Made by a program: the position numbers and the translations under genes. A stretch of 37,848 nt of DNA from Sedimentisphaerales bacterium (GTDB taxonomy: Bacteria > Planctomycetota > Phycisphaerae > Sedimentisphaerales > Anaerohalosphaeraceae). Where the stretch lies: positions 1 to 37,848 of the forward strand of contig JAFGPC010000106.1 of assembly GCA_016926155.1 (NCBI GenBank). Reading direction: 5' to 3'. The notes beneath the pieces were generated by a model, which was not told the DNA's origin, searched no databases, and worked only from the letters and a program-made list of their open reading frames with translations. Positions within the stretch are counted from its first letter, which is position 1. Every line of letters begins with the position of its first letter. This document shows positions 7,840-16,822 of this stretch, piece by piece.

Positions 7840-9948
7840 ATGAGTCTGGAAAGCTTCTTCACCCCCCGATCGGTTGCTATTGTTGGGGCATCACGGACCA
7901 AGGGCAAGGTTGGCTACGAAGTAGTCTCGGCCATGTTACGGGCCGGGTATGAGGGAAAACTGTTTGCCGTCAATCCTTCCACCGATGAAGTCCAGGGTCT
8001 CAAATGTTATCCGGACCTTAAGAGTATCGGTGAATCCCCGGAACTGGTTGTGGTGGTCGTAGCTGCCAAGCATGTCAAATCCGTGATCCAGGATTGTGCC
8101 GATCTTCGGGTCAAAGCGGCTATTATCATCTCTTCCGGCTTCAAGGAGGCCGGATCGCAGGGAGCCCAGCTCGAGCAGGAAATCGTTCGCATCGCCCGCT
8201 CGGCGGGAATGCGGATTATCGGACCCAACTGCATTGGGGTGATGTGTCCAACCAGCAAGCTCAATGCCAGTTTCGGCGGCCAATTGCCTAAGGCTGGGAA
8301 AGTGGGTTATTTTTCTCAATCCGGCTCGATTCTGGCCGCCATGGTGGATATGGCCGGAGCGACCGACATTGGATTCAGTAAGCTGGTCAGCATCGGAAAT
8401 AAGGCCGATGTCAATGAAATGGATGTGATGCGGGCCCTGGGAGAAGATGACAACACCAAAGTGATTGCCGGTTATCTGGAAACCATCAGCGACGGGGACG
8501 CTTTTATACGTCAGGCCGAGCGAATCAGTCGTATCAAGCCCATCCTTCTGCTTAAATCCGGAGTTACCGAGGCCGGCGCTCGTGCTGCAACATCCCATAC
8601 GGGTCGGCTGGCCGAATCGGAAAATGCTTATGAATGTGTGTTTGAGCGAGCCGGTGTAGTTCGCTGCCCTTCGATTAAAGCCCAGTTTGACTATGCCCGT
8701 GCCTTTGCCTACGATCCGGTACCCACCGGGCCTCGTGTAGCTGTAATTGCCAATGCCGGCGGTGCCGGAATCATGGCTACCGATGCCATCGAGAGAGAGG
8801 GTCTAAAACTGGCAAGCTTTACCGAGCAAACCCTTCAGAAACTCTGTAACGCCAAAGAACTGGCCGGAGTGGCTAATGTCGACAATCCCATTGATTTACT
8901 GGGGGATGCCCTGGCCAACCGTTATGAATTTGCCTTGCATGCAGCACTCGACGATCCGAACGTAGACACTGTATTGGTATTATTGAGCCCCCACGCCATG
9001 ACTGAGGTTCTGGAGACGGCCAAGGCGGTAGTCCGTGTTGCCAAGGAAAAGGATGAAAAACCCGTTCTGACCTGTTTTTTGGGGGCTTCAAGGATCTATG
9101 AGGCCAGCGAAATCTTGCGAAAGGGGCGAATTCCTCAATATGACTCTCCGGAAAGCGCTGTCGGCACCATCAAGGTAATGGCTCACTATTCCCAATGGAG
9201 GTCCCGGCCCAAGCGGGTTGTCAAGCTGTTCAGCGTCAATCGTCACAAGGCCGAGCGGATTATCGAGCGGCGACTGCGACAAAACGTACTGGAACTCGGA
9301 GAGGCTGAAACCAAAGAGATTCTGGAAGCGTATGGCTTTGTCACTCCGCGTGGTGAGATTGCTACAACTGTCGAGCAGGCCGTCAATATTGCCAACTATA
9401 TTGGTTATCCGGTCGTCTTGAAGATCTGGTCTCCCGATATCATTCACAAGACAGATATCGGTGGTGTAAAAACGGATTTGCGGACCGATCAGGAAGTGAT
9501 GGATGCTTTCGATTTGATGATGTACCGTATTCCGAAGAAGGCTCCTGACGCCGATATCATCGGTATCAGTGTCGAAGAGATGGTTGACAAGGGACGCGAG
9601 GTGATTCTGGGGATGAATCGTGATCCTCGATTTGGACCATTGATGATGTTTGGAATGGGCGGAAGATTGGTGGAAGTATTGGAAGATGTGGTGTTTTATC
9701 CCGCACCTCTGACGGCTGCCGAGGCCAAGGAAATGCTGGTTCGAACCAAAACATACGACCTTCTAAGCGGTGCCCGGGGTGAGGAAGGGGTGGATATCGA
9801 TGTGATCGCCGAGGGCCTCCAGCGGCTCAGCCAACTTGTGACCGAGTTTCCGCAAATCAAAGAAATCGATATTAATCCTTACGTCGTCGGACGGGAGGGA
9901 ACCACTCCCATCGCCGTTGACGCCATGATGACATTGGAAAAGGCATAA
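7840..9948 (+). CDS. acetyl-CoA synthetase (ADP-forming), fused alpha/beta (NDP-forming acyl-CoA synthetase family)
   Basis: About 703 aa. The N-terminal CoA-binding Rossmann motif is SVAIVGAS...GYEV. It has succinyl-CoA-synthetase-like ligase-CoA domains and a C-terminal ATP-grasp (VVLKIWSPDIIHKTDIGGVK). Likely ATG at 7840, with GAGG 5 nt upstream. The ORF track starts at GTG 7834. Confidence 0.8.
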   Translation: MSLESFFTPRSVAIVGASRTKGKVGYEVVSAMLRAGYEGKLFAVNPSTDEVQGLKCYPDLKSIGESPELVVVVVAAKHVKSVIQDCADLRVKAAIIISSGFKEAGSQGAQLEQEIVRIARSAGMRIIGPNCIGVMCPTSKLNASFGGQLPKAGKVGYFSQSGSILAAMVDMAGATDIGFSKLVSIGNKADVNEMDVMRALGEDDNTKVIAGYLETISDGDAFIRQAERISRIKPILLLKSGVTEAGARAATSHTGRLAESENAYECVFERAGVVRCPSIKAQFDYARAFAYDPVPTGPRVAVIANAGGAGIMATDAIEREGLKLASFTEQTLQKLCNAKELAGVANVDNPIDLLGDALANRYEFALHAALDDPNVDTVLVLLSPHAMTEVLETAKAVVRVAKEKDEKPVLTCFLGASRIYEASEILRKGRIPQYDSPESAVGTIKVMAHYSQWRSRPKRVVKLFSVNRHKAERIIERRLRQNVLELGEAETKEILEAYGFVTPRGEIATTVEQAVNIANYIGYPVVLKIWSPDIIHKTDIGGVKTDLRTDQEVMDAFDLMMYRIPKKAPDADIIGISVEEMVDKGREVILGMNRDPRFGPLMMFGMGGRLVEVLEDVVFYPAPLTAAEAKEMLVRTKTYDLLSGARGEEGVDIDVIAEGLQRLSQLVTEFPQIKEIDINPYVVGREGTTPIAVDAMMTLEKA

Positions 9949-10016
9949 AAAAAACCGATATGCTCCCGGCGGTAGAATGATTTTTCTTCTGCTGGTTGTT
10001 CATGGAGGGCACAGAT

Positions 10017-11888
10017 ATGCATGAATTTGATTGGAAAGACAAATATAAAGAGCTGATCGGTACGGCACCGGAAGCGATGAGGCGGATTAAGCCGGGAGAC
10101 AGTATCTTCATCGGTACCGGGTGCGGACAACCGCAGCATTTGGTCGATTCGCTGGTCAAACATGGCGGACATATCTACGATGCGCATGTGGTGCACTTGT
10201 TAACGATGGGCGCTGCACCGTATGCCCGGCAGGAGTTTCGCGAAAAATTCAAGATGAACACTTTTTTCGTTGCGGAAAACGTGCGTGATGCCCTGGAACA
10301 GGGCATTGGCGATTACACGCCGGTTTTTTTAAGCAATATCCCGCAACTGTTCGAAACCGGCCGGGTAACGATCGATGTGGCGATGATTACCGTTACGCCG
10401 CCGGATATCAATGGGCTCTGTAGCCTTGGCGTATCGGTGGACATTGTAAAATCAGCCGCCGCGAACGCCAAATTCGTCATTGCACAGGTTAATACCGGAA
10501 TGCCGCGAACCCTGGGGAATTGCTTTCTACATGTGAATTCTATTGATATGCTGGTGCCTTATGATGAGCCGATTATTATGGTTGAGCCGCCCACGACCAA
10601 TGACGTGCTTCGAAAAATCGGACAGAATCTGGCCCGGCTGGTCGAGGACGGCAGCACGATCGAGTGTGGCATTGGGAGAATTCCTCAGGCGATGGCTGAG
10701 TATCTCCATGATAAAAAGGAACTTGGCGTACATACCGAGATGTTCGGAGACTGGATCATTGAATTGATCGAATGCGGCGCGGTTACCTGTTCCAAAAAGA
10801 CAATCAACAACGGCAAGATCGTTGCCAGTTTTTGCATGGGTTCCCAGGCCTTGTATGACTACATTGATAATAATCCGTTGTTCGAATTCCATCCGACTGA
10901 GTATGTCAATGATCCGTTTATCATCGCCCAGCACGATAAAATGGTGGGCATCAATGTCGGTCTGGAGATCGATTTAACCGGTCAGGTTTGTGCCGATTCA
11001 CTGGGCTATCGTTTCTATAGCGGCATTGGCGGCCAGGTCGATTTTATTCGAGGCTGTGCGCGAAGCAGGGGAGGCAAACCCATCATTGCAATGCCTTCCA
11101 CGGCCAAAGGTGACACAATTAGCCGAATCGTGCCAAGGTTGACTGAAGGGGCGGGCGTGGTGACGACACGGGGAGATGTGCATTATGTCGTTACCGAATA
11201 CGGAATTGCCTACCTGCACGGAAAGAGCATTCGCGAGCGTGTACTGTCTTTGATTAACATTGCTCACCCCAAGTTCCGCAAGGAGTTAATCCAGGCTGCC
11301 AAGGCACAGCGTTATATCCAACCCGATCAGATCGAACTGGAATGGGATAAGGTCCACTACCCCGAGGAATTGGAACGATACGAAACACTGCGGGACGGTA
11401 CGGAAATTTTCTTTCGTCCCGTCAAGCCCACCGATGAAGCGGCCCTGTCGGAAATGCTGTATTCGCTTTCTCGTGAATCGGTGAAGAGGCGATACTTTAC
11501 GCACACCAAGACCTTTCCGCACAAGGATGTCCAGAAGCTGACCAATGTGGATTATGAACAGAACCTGGCGATTGTCGGAGTGGTTCCGGGAGCGGCGTAT
11601 GGAGAGGAAATCGTGGCGATTGCGCAATACTTCCTCGATCCAAAGACGCAGGTGGCCGAGGTGGCATTTATCGTGCAGGATGAATGGCAGGATAAGGGCA
11701 TGGGAAGCTACTTACTGGACTATATTACGGACATCGCCAAGAGCCGGGGTGTCAAACGGTTCTATGCCACAGTTTTGCCGATGAATCGGGCAATGCTGCA
11801 AATCTTCTACAACAGCGGTTACTCGGTCAATACGGAGTTTGACGGTGAAGCGTATTCGATCACATATGGCCTGGACAGAAAATCCTGA
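10017..11888 (+). CDS. bifunctional acetyl-CoA hydrolase/transferase family domain fused to C-terminal GNAT acetyltransferase domain
   Basis: N-terminal ~480 aa match the acetyl-CoA hydrolase/CoA-transferase family (Ach1/Cat1/ScpC-like): GDSIFIGTGCGQPQHL, GSQALYDYIDNNP, MPSTAKGDTISRIVP. C-terminal ~150 aa form a GNAT fold (VAFIVQDEWQDKGMGSYLLDYI...). Likely ATG at 10017, with GGAGGG 7 nt upstream. The track starts at TTG 9996. Confidence 0.8.
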   Translation: MHEFDWKDKYKELIGTAPEAMRRIKPGDSIFIGTGCGQPQHLVDSLVKHGGHIYDAHVVHLLTMGAAPYARQEFREKFKMNTFFVAENVRDALEQGIGDYTPVFLSNIPQLFETGRVTIDVAMITVTPPDINGLCSLGVSVDIVKSAAANAKFVIAQVNTGMPRTLGNCFLHVNSIDMLVPYDEPIIMVEPPTTNDVLRKIGQNLARLVEDGSTIECGIGRIPQAMAEYLHDKKELGVHTEMFGDWIIELIECGAVTCSKKTINNGKIVASFCMGSQALYDYIDNNPLFEFHPTEYVNDPFIIAQHDKMVGINVGLEIDLTGQVCADSLGYRFYSGIGGQVDFIRGCARSRGGKPIIAMPSTAKGDTISRIVPRLTEGAGVVTTRGDVHYVVTEYGIAYLHGKSIRERVLSLINIAHPKFRKELIQAAKAQRYIQPDQIELEWDKVHYPEELERYETLRDGTEIFFRPVKPTDEAALSEMLYSLSRESVKRRYFTHTKTFPHKDVQKLTNVDYEQNLAIVGVVPGAAYGEEIVAIAQYFLDPKTQVAEVAFIVQDEWQDKGMGSYLLDYITDIAKSRGVKRFYATVLPMNRAMLQIFYNSGYSVNTEFDGEAYSITYGLDRKS

Positions 11889-11994
11889 ACGATTTTTTTC
11901 TGGCGTTGCGCGGCTATTAACGATTGTCTGGTTACTCAATTTTTTGTTGATAGCTATGGCGGGATGCAATATGACAAATGAGAATAGGCAAAAA

Positions 11995-12771
11995 ATGAGC
12001 CGACCGACAAAAGGCAAATCAATTCGTGTGGCCATGTGTCAGATTTTCTGTCTCTCCGGCGATCGATCGGGTAATTTTATCCGCATTGAAAATGCCCTGC
12101 AGGATGCTGCCCGGGCCGGGGCGCAAATCGCCTGTTTTCCCGAAACATCGATTCTCGGCTGGGTTTATAGTGATGCCCATCAACGTGCATATCCTATACC
12201 CGGACAAGACTCCGATCGTCTTTGTGCCCTGGCGAAACAATATAAGCTCTATATATGTATTGGCCTGGCGGAGAAAAACGGTGTCAACCTGCACGATTCG
12301 GCCATTTTGATCGATCCGGCAGGAAACCTTCTACTCAAACATCAGAAAATGAATATTCTAACGGAGTTGATGAATCCCCCTTATACTCCGGGCGGCCAGG
12401 TTGCATCTGTCGATACCGAACTGGGACGAATCGGGCTGCTGATTTGTGCGGACACCTTTCGGACGGATGTACTGGACGCCATGGCCGAACAAAAACCCGA
12501 TCTGGTACTTGTACCCTATGGTTGGGCGGCCCCCGAAGAAAACTGGCCAGAGCATGGAAAAGAACTTCATTCTGTTGTACAATCAGCAGCTCGAAGAATC
12601 GGCGTCCCGGTCATCGGGGTAGATCTGGTTGGGCAGATTACCCGCGGACCGTGGCGGGATCGGGTATACGGGGGGCAAAGTATTATGATCGATGCATCGG
12701 GGTGCGTCCTGGCTGTGGCTGTGGATCGTGACCGCGATATTGTTGTTGCGGATGTGCCGATAAAAGATTAA
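11995..12771 (+). CDS. carbon-nitrogen hydrolase family amidase (nitrilase superfamily; N-carbamoylputrescine-amidase-like)
   Basis: IRVAMCQIF...ACFPETS places the catalytic Glu in context. LLICAD is the catalytic Cys motif. The start is ambiguous. ATG 11995 (MSRPTKGKSIRVAM) gives a typical cytoplasmic CN-hydrolase N-terminus. The longer track ORF (11839) overlaps the upstream gene and adds a hydrophobic, lipobox-like LIAMAGC segment. Confidence 0.7.
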   Translation: MSRPTKGKSIRVAMCQIFCLSGDRSGNFIRIENALQDAARAGAQIACFPETSILGWVYSDAHQRAYPIPGQDSDRLCALAKQYKLYICIGLAEKNGVNLHDSAILIDPAGNLLLKHQKMNILTELMNPPYTPGGQVASVDTELGRIGLLICADTFRTDVLDAMAEQKPDLVLVPYGWAAPEENWPEHGKELHSVVQSAARRIGVPVIGVDLVGQITRGPWRDRVYGGQSIMIDASGCVLAVAVDRDRDIVVADVPIKD

Positions 12772-12853
12772 TTTGGGCAAAGAATTTTGGGGTACATCGG
12801 AAACTTTCATTGTATTGTGTTTCCGACTTCAAGATGCAGGAGAAAGAGGAATT

Positions 12854-14116
12854 ATGAAGACAATTAATCGTCGAGCTTTTATAAAGACCGCTGTCGCAGG
12901 AGGAATCCTGGGAGCAGCAGGGCCGACCCGTTCGGCGTTCGGTTTGGGATACCCGATTGGAGATAAGAGTAAAGAGGATATCGGTTCGTCAATCGAGGCA
13001 CTTCTTCAGGGAAAAAGCGATGCCAAGATTAAGAGCATAGAAAGTTTCACGGATAAAGAGGCGAACAATCTTAGCTTTGTCCGTGTCGTGACCGAGGATG
13101 GGACCGAGGGATGGGGGCAGATGGCTCCGTTCAACGCCGATATTTCTGCAATCGTCCTGCATCGAAATGTTGCCCCGCTTGTGATTGGAAAAGATCCCTA
13201 TGATTTTGGAGGCATTTCCGATCTAGTCCGGGATCGCAATCTCAAATACCCCTGGTCTTATGTGTGCCGTGCGTTGTCCGGTCTGGATACGGCCTTGTGG
13301 GACCTCCGGGGAAAACAAGAAAACAAGAGTATTTGTGAACTGCTGGGTGGTACTCCTGGCGCAATACCTGTGTATGGTTCCAGTATGAGCCGCAAGATAA
13401 CAGCCGAGGAAGAAGCGCGTCGGATGGTGGCTTTGCGGGAAAGCCATGGATTTCGTGCATTCAAAATCCGTATTGGCTCCGAGGCCGGCCACAATCAGGA
13501 TGCCTGGCCCGGCCGGACCGAAGAGATTGTCCCGACCGTGCGAAAGGCACTGGGCGAGGATGTCGGCCTGATGGTCGACGCCAATAGTTGCTATACTATC
13601 GAAAAAGCCATTGAAGTGGGCAAGATGCTTGAAAAGAACAAGGTTATCCATTTTGAGGAACCTTGCCCCTATTGGGAGTTCGAATGGGCTTCCAAGGTCA
13701 ACAAGGCCCTGAAAGTGCCAGTCACCGGCGGTGAGCAGAATAACGATCCGGCCCAGTGGCAGCGGATCCTAAACGCCAAGGCCTATGATATCATTCAGCC
13801 GGACGTGTGTTATCTGGGGGGATTGACGCGAACATTACGTGTCGTGGCGATGGCACACAAAGCCAAGGTGCCCGTTGTGCCGCACTCTGCAAACTTATCA
13901 CTGGTGACCGTATTTGCCCTGCATCTGATGGGTGCAATCCCCAATGCCGGACCGCATGTGGAATATACGATTGAGAGCAACCCCTGGACGCGCGAGTTGT
14001 ATCAGCCGGTGCTCAAGGTACGGGACGGAAAAGTCGCCGTTCCCAACAATCCGGGCTGGGGCGTGGTCCTGAACAAGACCTGGCTGGAAAACGCCCAGCA
14101 CCAGATCACAGCATAG
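12854..14116 (+). CDS. Tat-signal enolase-superfamily enzyme (mandelate racemase / muconate lactonizing enzyme family dehydratase)
   Basis: Twin-arginine motif NRRAFIKTAVAGG directly after Met at 12854, with a GAAAGAGGA RBS. MR/MLE signatures present: KIRIG, MVDANSCYT, IHFEEP, TGGEQ, IIQPDVCYLGG. Confidence 0.8.
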   Translation: MKTINRRAFIKTAVAGGILGAAGPTRSAFGLGYPIGDKSKEDIGSSIEALLQGKSDAKIKSIESFTDKEANNLSFVRVVTEDGTEGWGQMAPFNADISAIVLHRNVAPLVIGKDPYDFGGISDLVRDRNLKYPWSYVCRALSGLDTALWDLRGKQENKSICELLGGTPGAIPVYGSSMSRKITAEEEARRMVALRESHGFRAFKIRIGSEAGHNQDAWPGRTEEIVPTVRKALGEDVGLMVDANSCYTIEKAIEVGKMLEKNKVIHFEEPCPYWEFEWASKVNKALKVPVTGGEQNNDPAQWQRILNAKAYDIIQPDVCYLGGLTRTLRVVAMAHKAKVPVVPHSANLSLVTVFALHLMGAIPNAGPHVEYTIESNPWTRELYQPVLKVRDGKVAVPNNPGWGVVLNKTWLENAQHQITA

Positions 14117-14136
14117 CCAAAAGTATTTGAAATCTG

Positions 14137-15267
14137 ATGACACAAAAAGCATTTATATATAGTCCTGAACTTGAGGCGTATCCGTATCCGCCCTCATGTC
14201 CTTTTAATACCTCGCGAGCTGGTAAGGCGCGTGCGATACTGACCTCAATGGGACTGTTGATCGGGGATGATAAAATAGAAGTTGCGCCTCCTCCCGCTAC
14301 AAGGGAGGTCTTGGAAACATTCCATACGCCGGAATATCTGGATGCTTTGGAACGATTGAATCGGGGCGAGTATGATTCGGAAATGCTTTACTTTGGCCTG
14401 GGTACGGGCGATTGTCCGGCCTTCAAAGGAGTATGGGACTATTCGGTCCTGGCCTGTGGGGCGTCCGTGCTGGGGGCCGAATGGATTGTGCAGGGAAAGG
14501 CTTCAGTAGCGTTTAATCCATCCGGCGGGCTGCATCACGCCTTTCCGGATCGAGCGGCGGGATTCTGTTATCTCAACGATGTCGTTCTTGGCTGCGAGAC
14601 GCTGGCCAAAGGAAACAAACGAGTCGTTTTTCTCGATATCGATGTGCATCATACGGACGGCGTACAGGCAGCCTTCTATGATCGAAACGATGTGATGACC
14701 ATCTCACTACATCAGGATGGCCGGACACTCTTTCCCGGTACCGGATTTGTAGAAGAAATCGGTGAGGGGGAAGGGAAAGGATATGCCATCAATATTCCTT
14801 TACCGATGGGCACGTATGATGAAGCCTATCTGCGGGCGGTTCGCCAGGTTGTGCTTCCCTTGATTCATGCGTTCGGGCCGGATGTCCTTGCTCTGGAGAT
14901 CGGGGCAGATACCCTATCCGGCGATCCACTGGCAAACCTGAGCCTGACCAACAACGTAATCGCCGATGTCATCGGCCTTCTGCGGGCCTTTGGAAAGCCG
15001 ATCCTTGCCACGGGTGGTGGGGGCTACCATGTCGATAATACGGCCCGGGCATGGGCTCTGGCTTGGACGGCCTTGTGCGGGGAAGATGCCGGCGCTGATG
15101 CGGCGGCTGGATTAGGCGGAGTGATGCTTGAAACGGCAGACTGGCATGGGGGATTGCGAGATCGCGTACTGGCTCCCAGCGAAGCCCAGAAATGCAGCGT
15201 CGATCAAATTCTGAATATCACACTGGACAGTGTTAAAAAGCTGGTTTTTCCCCACCATGGGCTGTAA
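14137..15267 (+). CDS. acuC: AcuC-type deacetylase (histone deacetylase / acetoin utilization protein family; arginase-deacetylase fold)
   Basis: 376 aa. FIYSP...PFN, GGLHHAFPDRAAGFCYLNDVV and LDIDVHHTDGVQAAFYDRNDVMTISLHQDGRTLFPGTGFVEEIGEGEGKGYAINIPL align closely with B. subtilis AcuC. Confidence 0.85.
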   Translation: MTQKAFIYSPELEAYPYPPSCPFNTSRAGKARAILTSMGLLIGDDKIEVAPPPATREVLETFHTPEYLDALERLNRGEYDSEMLYFGLGTGDCPAFKGVWDYSVLACGASVLGAEWIVQGKASVAFNPSGGLHHAFPDRAAGFCYLNDVVLGCETLAKGNKRVVFLDIDVHHTDGVQAAFYDRNDVMTISLHQDGRTLFPGTGFVEEIGEGEGKGYAINIPLPMGTYDEAYLRAVRQVVLPLIHAFGPDVLALEIGADTLSGDPLANLSLTNNVIADVIGLLRAFGKPILATGGGGYHVDNTARAWALAWTALCGEDAGADAAAGLGGVMLETADWHGGLRDRVLAPSEAQKCSVDQILNITLDSVKKLVFPHHGL

Positions 15268-15272
15268 AAAAA

Positions 15273-15306
15273 GAGCGATCCGGAAACTGAAGTTTCCGGA
15301 TCGCTC
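15273..15306. terminator. perfect 15-bp stem / 4-nt loop hairpin between convergent operons; a strong intrinsic terminator for the minus-strand MFS-acs operon, possibly bidirectional
   Basis: GAGCGATCCGGAAAC-TGAA-GTTTCCGGATCGCTC. On the plus strand it is preceded by AAAAAAA (15265-15272), which reads as a T7 tract after the stem on the minus strand. It lies 93 nt after the MFS stop and 6 nt after the acuC stop. Confidence 0.6.
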
Positions 15307-15398
15307 GTCATTGCCTCCAACTTCGACACAATTGTCGTTCCTCACGATCCAACGACTTCCCTGTCATTCGAACCGTGCTTTCCCCTAAGCTGGATTTA

Positions 15399-16748
15399 CT
15401 ATTGCTCTTCCTTGGCTTGTGCATTTAATTCCGGCTGAGGATTTATTGGTTGTACGGCGATACCCGTTGTGTGAAGGGGTCTTAATCCCATTGAAATAAC
15501 GGCCGCCACAAGGCAGGCGATGCCACAAGGGATAAACGCCCACATCCACAATTGCTTATCGCCCATAATGCCGCCAAGAATCGGACCGACCACACCGCCG
15601 ACACCATAAGCCATAAAGACCCATGGATAATTGGTTCCAACATTTTTATTGCCGAAATAATCGGCTGTGGCAGCCGGAAAGAGAGCAAAGTTTCCACCAA
15701 AATTGAAACCAATAATCGCGGCTCCGATATATAAACCGATTTCATTGCCACCGATGAAGTAGAAAACAATCATCATAATGCCCTGCGCGGCGCTCATGAG
15801 GATAATAGCATTCTTTCGGCCGGTTTTGTCCGAGATGGCACCCCATGCAATACGGCCTATGCCGTTAAGCAGGGCATAAAACAAGCCCATTGCGGTTCCG
15901 GCAATGGTTTTTGCAGCCGCTTCTTCGATGCCCCCCTGAGTCAGAGATTCTACACCGAACAAACGGATAATTCCAATGACCATCAATCCTGCCATGCCAC
16001 CTGCCGTAAAGGTCAAGAACAGAATCCAGAATTGCGGAGTTCTTACCATCTCTTTTTCGGTGAGATTAATGCCTCCTGTGCTTGCGGCATGGGCTGCCTC
16101 CGGAGGAACCCACCCTTTTGGCTGCCAGCCATCCGGTGGATTGACCATAAACATAGCCCCAAGAATAACCAGGATGGCAAAGAGAATCCCGTACAAGATA
16201 AAGACTTTGCTGATAGTCCAGCCCATTCCGTATAGACCTTCCCAGCCTGGAGTCAGATTGACGGGACCAAATTTAAAACCGCCGGTCAGTTTGATCCAGA
16301 TCAGGGCTCCAAAACCAAAGCCTGCAACGGCCAGCCCGGTGATAAGGCCCTTCTTATCCGGGAACCATTTGACCAGGGCCGCAATCGGGCATACATATCC
16401 CAAGCCGATTCCGGCTCCTCCGAGGATGCCGACACCAATCAGGATGCCCCAGAAGTTATATCCGGACAAGCCGGCTAGAACATAGCCTAGTCCAAGAACA
16501 AGACCCCCTGTTATGGCAACCTTTTTAGGGCCGACTTTCTTCTGCCACTTACCGGCAATCAAAGCCATAACCACCGCAAACGTCAGCAAGCCGACAGAAA
16601 AAATGACTTGTGTATGCCATTTTTCATAACCGGCTTCGGTCAATTTGTTTGTAAACGCCGACCAGGCATAGATGGCGCCAAGACAGAGCTGGATGAGAAT
16701 ACCGCCGACAACCACGAGCCATCGGTTCATGACCTTTTGTTCCGACAT
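15399..16748 (-). CDS. MFS transporter, oxalate/formate antiporter (OFA)-like family; probable monocarboxylate (acetate?) transporter
   Basis: 449 aa, about 12 predicted TM segments. The N-terminus RWLVVVGGILIQLCLGAIYAWSAF is typical of the OFA family. It sits 74 nt downstream of acs in the same orientation. Confidence 0.8.
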   Translation of the reverse strand: MSEQKVMNRWLVVVGGILIQLCLGAIYAWSAFTNKLTEAGYEKWHTQVIFSVGLLTFAVVMALIAGKWQKKVGPKKVAITGGLVLGLGYVLAGLSGYNFWGILIGVGILGGAGIGLGYVCPIAALVKWFPDKKGLITGLAVAGFGFGALIWIKLTGGFKFGPVNLTPGWEGLYGMGWTISKVFILYGILFAILVILGAMFMVNPPDGWQPKGWVPPEAAHAASTGGINLTEKEMVRTPQFWILFLTFTAGGMAGLMVIGIIRLFGVESLTQGGIEEAAAKTIAGTAMGLFYALLNGIGRIAWGAISDKTGRKNAIILMSAAQGIMMIVFYFIGGNEIGLYIGAAIIGFNFGGNFALFPAATADYFGNKNVGTNYPWVFMAYGVGGVVGPILGGIMGDKQLWMWAFIPCGIACLVAAVISMGLRPLHTTGIAVQPINPQPELNAQAKEEQ

Positions 16749-16822
16749 GATCGATTCCTTTCAAGAAAACAGGCCGGACGCAAATAGAATGCGTCCGGCC
16801 GGATTGTGATTGGACCGGTTGT

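Noticed and set aside
12255-12731. 158-aa + strand alternative-frame ORF (Arg/Gly-rich)
   Set aside because: It is nested out of frame within the CN-hydrolase gene. Its composition is typical of an off-frame GC-rich read-through.
15976-16485. 169-aa + strand ORF (Pro-rich)
   Set aside because: Antisense to the MFS transporter gene. The Pro/Arg-rich composition is typical of the reverse strand of a Gly/Ala/Leu-rich membrane protein gene.
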